Both the position numbers and the translations under genes were made by a program. Under the pieces are notes generated by a model. It worked only from the letters and a program-made list of their open reading frames with translations. It did not search any database and was not told the origin of the DNA. A stretch of 60,569 nt of DNA from Alphaproteobacteria bacterium (GTDB lineage: Bacteria; Pseudomonadota; Alphaproteobacteria; Rickettsiales; SXRF01): contig RFOF01000002.1 in NCBI GenBank assembly GCA_009926845.1, forward strand, positions 1 to 60,569. Direction: 5' to 3'. Positions 8,785-18,426 of this stretch are shown piece by piece. The stretch's first letter is position 1; the number at the start of each line of letters is the position of its first letter.

Positions 8785-9396
8785 ATGCACCCTTTTAAAA
8801 CACTCACCGCCATTGCCGCGCCGATGCCGATCGACAACATCGACACCGACATGATCATCCCCAAACAGTTCCTCAAAACCATCAAGCGCACGGGCCTGAA
8901 AGAAGGCTTATTCTTTGAAATGCGTTTTCGCGTGGATGGCAGCAAGGTGGAAGAATTTGTGCTGCACAACGCGCCCTATGACCGCGCAGAAATCATCGTC
9001 GCTGGCTCGAATTTCGGCTGTGGTTCTTCGCGGGAGCACGCTCCGTGGGCGCTGCTGGACTTTGGTATTCGTTGTGTAATTGCAACATCTTATGCTGATA
9101 TTTTTTACAATAATTGCTTCAAAAATGGCATTTTGCCCATCGTTTTACCCAAAGATGCGGTGGACTCGCTGATGCAAATTGCAGAAAACGGCCAGACCAT
9201 CTCGGTTGACCTGCCAAGCCAAAAAGTGAAAGCGGGAAATCACGAATTTGCGTTTGAAGTGGAATCCTTCCGCAAACATTGTTTGCTAAATGGGCTTGAC
9301 GACATCGGCCTTTCCCTGCAAAAAACCGATGCTATCGCCGCATTCGAAACCAAAAATAAAACGCAAACGCCTTGGCTCTACGCCAACGCGTCTTAA
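8785..9396 (+). CDS. leuD: 3-isopropylmalate dehydratase small subunit
   Basis: [38 protein letters not shown]...[52 protein letters not shown]-type Shine-Dalgarno (SD) sequence lies upstream. Confidence 0.95.
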   Translation: MHPFKTLTAIAAPMPIDNIDTDMIIPKQFLKTIKRTGLKEGLFFEMRFRVDGSKVEEFVLHNAPYDRAEIIVAGSNFGCGSSREHAPWALLDFGIRCVIATSYADIFYNNCFKNGILPIVLPKDAVDSLMQIAENGQTISVDLPSQKVKAGNHEFAFEVESFRKHCLLNGLDDIGLSLQKTDAIAAFETKNKTQTPWLYANAS

Positions 9397-9406
9397 GGAA
9401 CACACA

Positions 9407-10248
<842 letters not shown>

Positions 10249-10251
10249 GTT

Positions 10252-10339
10252 GTCATGCTGAACTCCGTTTCAGCATCCACTTATCAATGCAAATGCTATA
10301 CATGTTGCACTGTGGATCCCGAAACAAGTTCGGGATGAC
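10252..10339. repeat. Two-module palindromic element (gtcatgctgaac..gtttcagcatcc ... ggatcccgaaacaagttcgggatgac)
   Basis: Both terminal modules are near-identical to the copy at 32170-32249. The central spacer differs between the two copies. Confidence 0.8.
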
Positions 10340-10368
10340 AAACCTGCAAAGCATAGTAAAGTGCTGTC

Positions 10369-11373
10369 ATGACAAACACACTCACCGACCGCGCAGGCCT
10401 CGCACGCGCCATCACGCTGATTGAATCCACGCGCGAAGACCACCAGCGCGAGGCGCAAGCGCTCATAACATCCCTGCTTCCCAAGACAGGAAACTCCATC
10501 CGCATCGGCATCACCGGTGTGCCGGGCGTCGGCAAATCGACTTTCATCGAAGCGCTCGGCATGCACGTCATCAACCAAGGCCACAAGGTGGCGGTGCTGG
10601 CCATCGACCCTTCGAGCAGCAAAACCGGCGGCTCAATTCTGGGTGACAAAACCCGCATGGGGGAGCTCGCGCAACACGAATCCGCCTATATACGCCCCTC
10701 ACCCACCAGCGGTTCGCTCGGCGGCGTTGCGCGGCGCACGCGCGAGGCGATGCTGCTGTGCGAAGCGGCGGGCTATGATGTCATCCTCGTGGAAACCGTC
10801 GGCGTTGGCCAATCCGAAATTGAAGTGGCCGACATGGTGGATATGTTCGTGCTCCTGCTGCTGCCGGGCAGTGGTGACGAGTTGCAGGGCATCAAAAAAG
10901 GCATTGTCGAGCTGGCCGACCTCATCGTCGTCAACAAGGCCGATGGTGATTTGGCGGCGCAGGCCAAACGCGTGCGCACGGATTATGCGGCCGCGCTGCG
11001 CATGCTCCGCCCTCACCCTAACCCTCTCCCAGAGGGAGAGGGAATAATGGGGCAGTGGCAGCCAACGGCGATTACCTGCTCGGCGCTGGAAAATCGCGGC
11101 GTGAATGAGGTCTGGACAAAGGTGGAAGAATTCCGCGCCGCCATGCAAAAAAGCGGGGAGTTAGATACAAACCGCAGCCACCAAGCCAAAGCGTGGATGT
11201 GGAAAGAAATCCGCGAAACGCTGCTGGCGCGGTTTTCGCAGCACCCCGAGGTTCAAAGCAGAATTGCAGAAAAAGAGCGCAAAGTGGAAGCTGGCGAGCA
11301 CTCCCCCACAGAGGCCGCTATGGGGTTGATTGAAGTGTTTTTCTCTCCTACGAAGGGTGATGAATCGGCTTGA
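10369..11373 (+). CDS. meaB: Methylmalonyl-CoA mutase-associated GTPase MeaB (ArgK/LAO-AO transport ATPase family), with a repeat-derived in-frame insertion and a remodelled 3' end
   Basis: GITGVPGVGKSTFIEALG (P-loop), AVLAIDPSSSKTGGSILGDKTRM, DVILVETVGVGQSE and VVNKADGD match MeaB. The last about 10 codons (SPTKGDESA) read into the inserted TA cassette. Confidence 0.9.
   Translation: MTNTLTDRAGLARAITLIESTREDHQREAQALITSLLPKTGNSIRIGITGVPGVGKSTFIEALGMHVINQGHKVAVLAIDPSSSKTGGSILGDKTRMGELAQHESAYIRPSPTSGSLGGVARRTREAMLLCEAAGYDVILVETVGVGQSEIEVADMVDMFVLLLLPGSGDELQGIKKGIVELADLIVVNKADGDLAAQAKRVRTDYAAALRMLRPHPNPLPEGEGIMGQWQPTAITCSALENRGVNEVWTKVEEFRAAMQKSGELDTNRSHQAKAWMWKEIRETLLARFSQHPEVQSRIAEKERKVEAGEHSPTEAAMGLIEVFFSPTKGDESA
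11009..11043. repeat. 35-nt palindromic element copy inserted in frame in meaB (encodes [11 protein letters not shown])
   Basis: gccctcaccctaaccctctcccagagggagaggga is identical to 5563-5597. Confidence 0.8.
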
Positions 11374-11677
11374 AACTCATGCGGATGCCAAGACCACCCA
11401 GAACGGTTTGAAACGTGCGCAGCCGCGGGTTGCCATCCGGTGAGAGTGCCTCGTGCAACGCCTGCCTGCTCACGGAAGTTTTGCGCGCCAAGCCCGCAAG
11501 ACCGCCTTGCGCCTTAGCGACCAGCCGCAAGGTATCGAGCAGCGCAGTCACATCATTGTCCTTTTCGAATTCCTGCAACGCCAGTTTTGTCGCATACTCA
11601 GCCTGCTTGGGATCTTTCAAATATTTCAATGCAATCTCATCGAATGGAATGCCGGTGCTTTTGCCGTTCTTTTTCAT
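11348..11677 (-). CDS. HigA-type addiction-module antidote protein (HTH)
   Basis: ...LLDTLRLVAKAQGGLAGLARKTSVSRQALHEALSPDGNPRLRTFQTVLGGLGIRMSF is typical of the antidote partner of RelE/HigB-like killer proteins. It overlaps the upstream toxin gene by 4 nt. Confidence 0.85.
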   Translation of the reverse strand: MKKNGKSTGIPFDEIALKYLKDPKQAEYATKLALQEFEKDNDVTALLDTLRLVAKAQGGLAGLARKTSVSRQALHEALSPDGNPRLRTFQTVLGGLGIRMSFKPIHHPS

Positions 11678-12051
11678 GCCTTGTCCTCCAAATAAATGTT
11701 CCAGTATTCTTTTGCTTTCGCGATGTCCTTACGCTGCGTGGATTTGTCCCCTCCGGTAAGAAGTAAAATCACCTGCCCTTTGTGCTCCCCAAAATAGATC
11801 CGGTAGCCAGGGCCAAAGAAGAGGCGCATTTCGTAAAGACCTGCATCCAGCGCTTTAAAGTCTCCGAACTGGCCTTGCTTCGCTCGCGCCACCCGACTAC
11901 GGATGCGCTCCCGAATCTTCCAGTCCAGTGAGTCCATCCATGCCTGAAACGGGCTTTTCCCAGACCGGTCAGAGAAAACAAGGACTTCATACTCTTGAGT
12001 CTTTAGCAAAGCACTTCCCCTTATTCTTGGAGTTAAGTGTAATGCATGCAT
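11674..12051 (-). CDS. RelE/HigB-like addiction-module killer protein (true start possibly TTG at 12009)
   Basis: ...GKSPFQAWMDSLDWKIRERIRSRVARAKQGQFGDFKALDAGLYEMRLFFGPGYRIYFGEHKGQVILLLTGGDKSTQRKDIAKAKEYW fits the family. AAGGGGA lies 6 nt upstream of the TTG at 12009. Confidence 0.8.
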   Translation of the reverse strand: MHALHLTPRIRGSALLKTQEYEVLVFSDRSGKSPFQAWMDSLDWKIRERIRSRVARAKQGQFGDFKALDAGLYEMRLFFGPGYRIYFGEHKGQVILLLTGGDKSTQRKDIAKAKEYWNIYLEDKA

Positions 12052-12095
12052 TACATATTGTCAAGTTTAGATGACGGAAACCGCGCACATGCACC

Positions 12096-12170
12096 GAGCG
12101 CAAAGTGGAGCAAGGAAAACTATCCCCCACAGAGGCCGCTATGGGGTTGGTTGGGGTGTTTTTTGGGTAA
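12096..12170 (+). repeat. Displaced duplicate of the meaB 3' end (would encode ERKVEQGKLSPTEAAMGLVGVFFG-stop)
   Basis: gagcgcaaagtgga...tcccccacagaggccgctatggggttgGttgGGgtgtttttt aligns with 11275-11343 inside meaB. Confidence 0.75.
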
Positions 12171-12216
12171 AGTTTTTCTGCAACAACACACGCAGAAACA
12201 CAGAAAAATTTATGCT

Positions 12217-14814
12217 TTAGTATTGGTATTTAACGCATTGATATTGGGGATCAGAATACGGATTACACCAGTGGCCAGCGGGACATCCCATGCGTAATTG
12301 GGTATTGTCGACGTAATGACACCATGTATTCACACAAGCGAAATCTTCAATATTGTTGTCGTAAACACATCGTTGTATTGCAGAACAAGTAGGGCTACAT
12401 CCCGCACAAGCCCAATTCTTGTTAGGTTCTTTCCCTATTTCCACGCAAGCCTGCCCATTAGGGCATATGCCACATTTATTAGTTGATCCTGGTGTTGGCG
12501 TAGAAGAGGGTGTTTCTTCAGGAATATCAACAACCACAGCATATTTTTTCAGTATCCTTTCCTTTTCCGACGAAGGGATGGGGAATTTAGCCACGTCTGT
12601 ATACCAGTCCATTAACAGGCTGACCGCTTCCTCTAAGCAAGCTTTGTCTGCCGCGCTCTCACCTAAACTACAGTTAGGCCTAAATTGGCATTGAGGGTTA
12701 CCAGGAAGGTCACTACTGGTTATATGACCATTATTGTCCATAAATAATTGTTCACTTGTTACGCATTCCTGGAATTTAATGTCACACGCAGGATAGCACG
12801 ATGTTTTCACACACCTAAATAAGGGGAAACCATCGCTGTCTTTTTGATTGTTATCTTTAAGGCATGTCTCACCTAAACCACAGGCAGGATCACATTGATT
12901 TGGTTTGCACAAATCATTTTTATTTTCATAGCAAGTTTCAGTGGTTTTACATGTTTTGGTGATTTCCTGTTTACCAGTTTTGCTATTATAATGCCAACAC
13001 TTGTTACCGCCACCATTCTCACGATACCAGCCACCATTGCTTGTAGTTATACATGTACCGAAGTTAAGATCTTTGCATTGAATTTGCCTACACTCATAAT
13101 ACTTACTGCCATCATCATCACCACTCTCTCTTTCTAGACAGACGTCGGTGGCTTGACCGCAAACCTTCCCACAGCCCACTTGTTTACACGAACTTGTAAT
13201 ACCATCTCCCATCTGCATATGAGTGTTTGGATCAATGACTACCCCAAAGTCTGAGTAGCACCCCTGAGTATCCAAATCACATACTGGGTCATCACACGCA
13301 GGCCTGTTGCACGTGTAGCCACCCTTTCCATTTGAAACGCATCCGCTATGCACGGCATCACAGATATCGGCGCCGCCACAGTAGGCAACATCGACAAACG
13401 TTCCCGCCGGAAGTGGGACAGGCGTAGGTCCTGTCGCCGTAGGAGTCGGGGTTGGCGTTGGCATAGATGTCGGAGTTGGCGTCGCTGTAGGAGTTGGCGT
13501 AGGCGTTGGTGTCGGCGTTGGTGTCGCGGTAGGGGTGGGCGTCGCTGTTGGCGTTGGTGTTGGTGTGCGCGACGGCGTTGGCGTCAACGAAGGCGTTGGC
13601 GTTGGTGTCCCAGGGCGTTGACACTTATTTGTATCTAAGTTGCACACACTGCTACCTGGGCATCTGTCGTCAGAATCGCAGCCCGGAACACACTCCACAC
13701 CGCTGCAATAATTCTCCATCGGGCAGTCGGTGCTATCAGCACACTCGGGCGTCACACAATGGTCGCGGATGCATACTTCTCCGTCACCACAAGTTGGATC
13801 ACCTGCGGGATTCGTACATGATGCAAAACAGCGACCATTGGGGTGATTAGGGAACCTATCGCAGATCTGACCTTCATCACATTGGCTGGCATCATGGCAA
13901 CCTGCCACACATGAATTTGACTCACAAATGGCGCCTCTACCGCATTGCCCATCGTCAGCGCACTGAACACACTGCCCAATGCCCGTTATTGGATTGAGCG
14001 GGCCGCAAGCAGGCATTGAGTCTCCGCATTGGCCGGAATCATGGCAACCCGCCACACATATATTGCTAGAACACACCTTGCCTATCCCACAATCGCTGTC
14101 TTGGCCACACTCGGCGCAGGTGTTTGTGTTAGTATAGCAAAGGCGGGAGGCGCAATCGGCATTGCCCAGACACTGAACGCACTTAGGCGGCTCGCTATTA
14201 TCGCAGACAGCGCCTTCGCCACAATCCACTGAACTTCTGCACCCTGCGATACAGGCATTCAAATGGCAGATGTTGCCCAGACCACATTGCAAGTCGTCCA
14301 AGCACTGCACGCATTTAGGCGGTGTGCCGTTATCACAATATTTTCCACTGGTTTCGCAGGCCAGCAACTCGCATGTGGTGGCGGGGGCGATGCAGGTGTA
14401 GGCAGCACCAACACCCGCAGGATGGGAACAAATCTCGCCTGTTTTACACCCTTTTTTATTAATGCCACTAGCGTTCGTATGATGGCAATTATTTTCCTCA
14501 CAACCGACCGTTCCATCACCATAGGCTTTGCATATCTCATAAGACTCGCAGACGGGGCATGTTTTCCAGCTATAGCCACCCCCGGGCTGCGCAACGCACA
14601 CGCTCGGCGATGCAGGGGTTGCGCCACACGGCGAAACGGTCGGCGTTGGCGTATTATTACCGCCACCCGGATTCCCACCACCCGGATTGCCGCCACCCGG
14701 ATTGCCACCATTACCACAGGTGGCATCCGCCGCAAAAACGTCAGACGCCGCCACCGCCAGCAAGGGAACCAGCAGAAAAAGAATAGTCCGAATTGTGGCG
14801 ACGTATTTTCTCAC
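12217..14814 (-). CDS. Secreted cysteine-rich repeat protein, 865 aa, with Sec-type signal peptide, GNPGG x3 tract and a central Pro/Thr linker
   Basis: [31 protein letters not shown] is a signal peptide with an AxA-type site. Units such as [37 protein letters not shown] recur. A linker of about 60 aa ([58 protein letters not shown]) is present. Confidence 0.85.
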   Translation of the reverse strand: MRKYVATIRTILFLLVPLLAVAASDVFAADATCGNGGNPGGGNPGGGNPGGGNNTPTPTVSPCGATPASPSVCVAQPGGGYSWKTCPVCESYEICKAYGDGTVGCEENNCHHTNASGINKKGCKTGEICSHPAGVGAAYTCIAPATTCELLACETSGKYCDNGTPPKCVQCLDDLQCGLGNICHLNACIAGCRSSVDCGEGAVCDNSEPPKCVQCLGNADCASRLCYTNTNTCAECGQDSDCGIGKVCSSNICVAGCHDSGQCGDSMPACGPLNPITGIGQCVQCADDGQCGRGAICESNSCVAGCHDASQCDEGQICDRFPNHPNGRCFASCTNPAGDPTCGDGEVCIRDHCVTPECADSTDCPMENYCSGVECVPGCDSDDRCPGSSVCNLDTNKCQRPGTPTPTPSLTPTPSRTPTPTPTATPTPTATPTPTPTPTPTPTATPTPTSMPTPTPTPTATGPTPVPLPAGTFVDVAYCGGADICDAVHSGCVSNGKGGYTCNRPACDDPVCDLDTQGCYSDFGVVIDPNTHMQMGDGITSSCKQVGCGKVCGQATDVCLERESGDDDGSKYYECRQIQCKDLNFGTCITTSNGGWYRENGGGNKCWHYNSKTGKQEITKTCKTTETCYENKNDLCKPNQCDPACGLGETCLKDNNQKDSDGFPLFRCVKTSCYPACDIKFQECVTSEQLFMDNNGHITSSDLPGNPQCQFRPNCSLGESAADKACLEEAVSLLMDWYTDVAKFPIPSSEKERILKKYAVVVDIPEETPSSTPTPGSTNKCGICPNGQACVEIGKEPNKNWACAGCSPTCSAIQRCVYDNNIEDFACVNTWCHYVDNTQLRMGCPAGHWCNPYSDPQYQCVKYQY

Positions 14815-14883
14815 ACTATCTTCTTTGTCAAAATGTTCATATCTCGTTTCATTTTAAGCATTCGCCCTTTAGGGACAAGTTAA

Positions 14884-17800
14884 TTAGGGGCCGGATTTGC
14901 AAGTGCCGCTATTGATGCCCGTGCAACCCCATTGGCAATTCGTGCTTAAACATGGATAGCACTGGCCTGCAACACAATCGCCAGGAAGCGGGCAAGTGCT
15001 TCTATTGCATACAACCGGCGTAGGCGTTGGTGTCGCATTATTACAGTTATTAGAATCTGTACCCGCACATGTTCGGCAACCGCTATTATCGGATTTACAG
15101 CCATAAACACCGCAATTAATGTTGCTGCATTTCCGACATTCACCTCCAATACACTCGCCCGGGAAAGGACAATTATTCGTATTCGTCGTCCCATCATCAC
15201 AAGCCGCCGGCGTAGGGGTTGCAGTAGCGTTGCGAGAAACACAGGAATCATTCTGATCGCAATACCAATTCAGGGAAGATTGACCTGAAGGTGGGCAGTT
15301 GCCCGGGCCACAATCTGCGCAGCGCTCTCCACCGTTGCCAGCTGAGGTACATTTCTTTGAAGCACATTGAGAAGCCATACAACCTGGTACACATAGACCC
15401 GTGCTAGTATTGCAATACTCATCAGCATCACACAAACCACCTGCCGTACAACTATCCTTACATGCACCCAATGCAGTAGACGATCCACCATCGCAAACCT
15501 GACCCGATGGGCAGTTAGCATTAGAATGACAGCCCTCTACGCATATTTTGCAACCATAACCATAACTGTGGCAGGTCTTACCCACCCCACAATTATCGGT
15601 TGTGCAAATATTGTCCATACATTGCTTGGTAGCCATACAACATTTTTGGCCGCCAGTGCAGCTACTATCAGTCATACATGTCGAAGGCGAAGGCGAAGGC
15701 GAAGGCGTTGGGGTTGGGGTGTTTTCACACTGACCAATATCCCCAGAATTCCCAGAACCTTTGCACACCTGCCCAGTAGGGCATACATATGATGTGACCA
15801 GACCTCCCAGACGGCAACCCTTAATGCACTGTTTATCATTGTTGGGGCCTTGTGGTTCGCAGATATGTCCTGGCCCAATAGCAGAATTCGACTGACACCA
15901 ATAATCAGTTGCACATGTGCTATCTTGACACGTGCCATGATCTGCACCGGATGGAATAACACATATCTGATGTATACTTGATGCCATGCCTGATGTGTTT
16001 TGACAGTCGTCTTTAGTGCGGCATCCAACGACACATTCCGGCCATGTATTGGAAACGTAGGCGCATATTTCCTTAGGATCACTTGAACATACGGTAGTTT
16101 CTTTTTCTACACGGCAACCACGCACACATGTTTGATAGGTTTTATCACTGTTGGTATCATATTCACATATGTAATCATTCCCATAATTTGTTGTGTCTCT
16201 CGTGCAGACATCATCGCTCGTGCAACCGACACATTCGTTATTCACACAAACCTTATTCCCAGCACCCGCACCCGAGGCATCTTTACAGTCAGTATCTTTT
16301 TTACAAGCCACGCATTCTGGCGGCGGTCCTGCCAAACATATAGGCTTATCGGCTTGGCTTGGGCAGTCCAGAATCGCGCAGGTAGTGGCTTTACATTTAA
16401 ACGTGCTGCCATACCGCTGATCATCACAATAATTAGGCCATGGCGGATTGATGCCCATATTGCATTCGCCATCACTCGTACACTCAGGCGTGTTACCTGG
16501 CGTGCCGGTTGGTGTATCGGTGGGAACATCGGTCGCGGTGGGTGTATCCGTCGCTGTTTCCGTGGCCGTCGGCGTTTCGGTGGGCGTTGGCGTAGCTTCA
16601 GTACACGACCCATTCGGGTTACAACTATCTATACACTCATCGTCACAAGAACAGGTGTTCGTGTCAATACATACAGAACTTCCTACGCACTCGGGATCAC
16701 ATACACAGGTGCCCGTTACATAACATGGAGGATTCAAGCAATTCCCCATGCCGTCACATCCATAAGGGCATTGGCACTCACCGCCACCACCGCCACCGGT
16801 CGTTGCGGTTGGCGTTGTGGTCGGCGTGGATGATGCTCCTTTACAAATGTTCCCTTCACAAATAGGCTTGTCAGATGGACAACCTCTTGGAGCACCGCTC
16901 GGCAGGGTAACACATTCCACGCAAACTTTATTTTCGCAGATTTTCTTAGGATCTGTTGTGCACTGAGCATCCCTTGTACATTCAGGCGTAGCAGTTGGCG
17001 TTTTGGTTGGCATCGTGCCGCCGCCGCCAGAGCCACCGCCGCTATCTGTTGGGGTATCTGTTGGTGTCTCTGTTGGGGTCTGAGATTCCGCCACACAGCT
17101 CCACGTTTCAGTGTCGCAATGCCGCTTCGGGTCAACGGTGCAATCACCGTCCACAGTGCACTCAACGCAGGCGTGAGGAGATATCGTCATATTACATACG
17201 AAGTGTTTCTCGCTCGTGCCATTATTGCAATCGGCAGAGTCGTTATCGTCGGTACACTCCGTGCAAGTATGGCTGCTTGTATCGCAGTGCGGCCCAGCGA
17301 GGCTGCAAGCACATTGAGTATTATCCAAGCACTCAACGCAGGTTTTTGAGTTCACATCACATGTCAACCCAGCACCACAATTGTCAGGATATTCGCTACT
17401 ACATGCCCCACATTCGTTGTTTGCAGCGTCTAAACATATCTCAGGCTCTACACAATTTGTATTACCACAGCTGTTGTCCGGCGTGCTGGTGGGTGTCTCA
17501 ACTGGTGTTCCGGTCGCCGTTGGCGTCCCAGCTGGTGTTCCGGTTGCCGTTGGCGTTGATGATTCCACGCAAACTCTATTTTCGGTATCACAGGTTGTTT
17601 TATTATTAATCACATTATCTTTGCAGTCGCCGTTAACCTTACATTCATAACAGGTAAACGACTTTACCGTACCCTCCACGAGATCACATTTCTTTGGACT
17701 TTCGCAGTTTCCATCGTTCTCACACTCAACACAGCGCGTTTGATCCTTGCATATTCTTCGTGTCGAGTCTTGGCTTGCTCGCGGACAGCTGTAGTTATCT

Positions 17801-18426
17801 TTACATTCAACGCAGGTATTGGGGAAAGCATCGCTGCAGACGCCATTACCCGTCGAACCATCCCAGAAAAGCATGTCTCGGCAATAACGATCTGCTTGAT
17901 CTCCGCCACATTCTTTACATTCATTTGTGGATGTATCACACCAAGGGTGTTCAGGATCCACACAATCACTTTGAACTCTACAGTCAACGCATCTTGGATA
18001 GCCAAGTGAAGTATCACAAACTTGCGGCGCATCGCAAACCGCAAGCCCACAATTTGGAGTGCCGCTCGGCGTGCTGGTGGGTGTGCTGACTGGTGTTCCG
18101 GTCGCGGTGGGGGTTGGGGGTGACACAGGGCACGACCCATCATTATTACAAGCATCAATACAGTCAGCAAGGCAAGTGCAATCATCGTAGAGATACCCTT
18201 TGACGCATTCAGAGCCCGCTACGCACTCAGGGGAGCAACTATCCGTCGCAGTAGCGGTTGGGGTGCTGACCGGTGTTTCGTTCGCAGTGGCGGTGGGTGT
18301 TCCGGCTGGGGTGGTGGTTGGGGTGGGGTCGCAGATAGCCTTACAAGGAGCAATTGTACACTTGTTCACCCCACAAGGACACACCGGCGGTGGTTTTGCC
18401 ACAGCCTCAAACGCCACGCCCATCAT
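14884..18426 (-). CDS. Cysteine-rich mosaic protein, 1180 aa, with multiple Pro/Thr linkers and no obvious signal peptide
   Basis: The ORF is uninterrupted for 3.5 kb. I counted about 13-14% Cys in two stretches. C-x-[EDQ]-C motifs recur (CVDC, CKEC, CVEC, CYEC). Modules C.PECV.GS.C...C.C.D.CID.CN..GSC + PT linker and C..C P.PG.C..G.C..C...NC..GC..NSG.C each occur twice. Confidence 0.8.
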   Translation of the reverse strand: MMGVAFEAVAKPPPVCPCGVNKCTIAPCKAICDPTPTTTPAGTPTATANETPVSTPTATATDSCSPECVAGSECVKGYLYDDCTCLADCIDACNNDGSCPVSPPTPTATGTPVSTPTSTPSGTPNCGLAVCDAPQVCDTSLGYPRCVDCRVQSDCVDPEHPWCDTSTNECKECGGDQADRYCRDMLFWDGSTGNGVCSDAFPNTCVECKDNYSCPRASQDSTRRICKDQTRCVECENDGNCESPKKCDLVEGTVKSFTCYECKVNGDCKDNVINNKTTCDTENRVCVESSTPTATGTPAGTPTATGTPVETPTSTPDNSCGNTNCVEPEICLDAANNECGACSSEYPDNCGAGLTCDVNSKTCVECLDNTQCACSLAGPHCDTSSHTCTECTDDNDSADCNNGTSEKHFVCNMTISPHACVECTVDGDCTVDPKRHCDTETWSCVAESQTPTETPTDTPTDSGGGSGGGGTMPTKTPTATPECTRDAQCTTDPKKICENKVCVECVTLPSGAPRGCPSDKPICEGNICKGASSTPTTTPTATTGGGGGGECQCPYGCDGMGNCLNPPCYVTGTCVCDPECVGSSVCIDTNTCSCDDECIDSCNPNGSCTEATPTPTETPTATETATDTPTATDVPTDTPTGTPGNTPECTSDGECNMGINPPWPNYCDDQRYGSTFKCKATTCAILDCPSQADKPICLAGPPPECVACKKDTDCKDASGAGAGNKVCVNNECVGCTSDDVCTRDTTNYGNDYICEYDTNSDKTYQTCVRGCRVEKETTVCSSDPKEICAYVSNTWPECVVGCRTKDDCQNTSGMASSIHQICVIPSGADHGTCQDSTCATDYWCQSNSAIGPGHICEPQGPNNDKQCIKGCRLGGLVTSYVCPTGQVCKGSGNSGDIGQCENTPTPTPSPSPSPSTCMTDSSCTGGQKCCMATKQCMDNICTTDNCGVGKTCHSYGYGCKICVEGCHSNANCPSGQVCDGGSSTALGACKDSCTAGGLCDADEYCNTSTGLCVPGCMASQCASKKCTSAGNGGERCADCGPGNCPPSGQSSLNWYCDQNDSCVSRNATATPTPAACDDGTTNTNNCPFPGECIGGECRKCSNINCGVYGCKSDNSGCRTCAGTDSNNCNNATPTPTPVVCNRSTCPLPGDCVAGQCYPCLSTNCQWGCTGINSGTCKSGP

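Noticed and set aside
13348-13638. Arg/Trp-rich 96-aa plus-strand ORF, and other plus-strand ORFs across 12.3-18.5 kb (e.g. 16132..16833, 16995..17609)
   Set aside because: They are mirror-frame artefacts of the PT-linker and Cys-codon periodicity of the two giant minus-strand ORFs, which are far longer and internally consistent.
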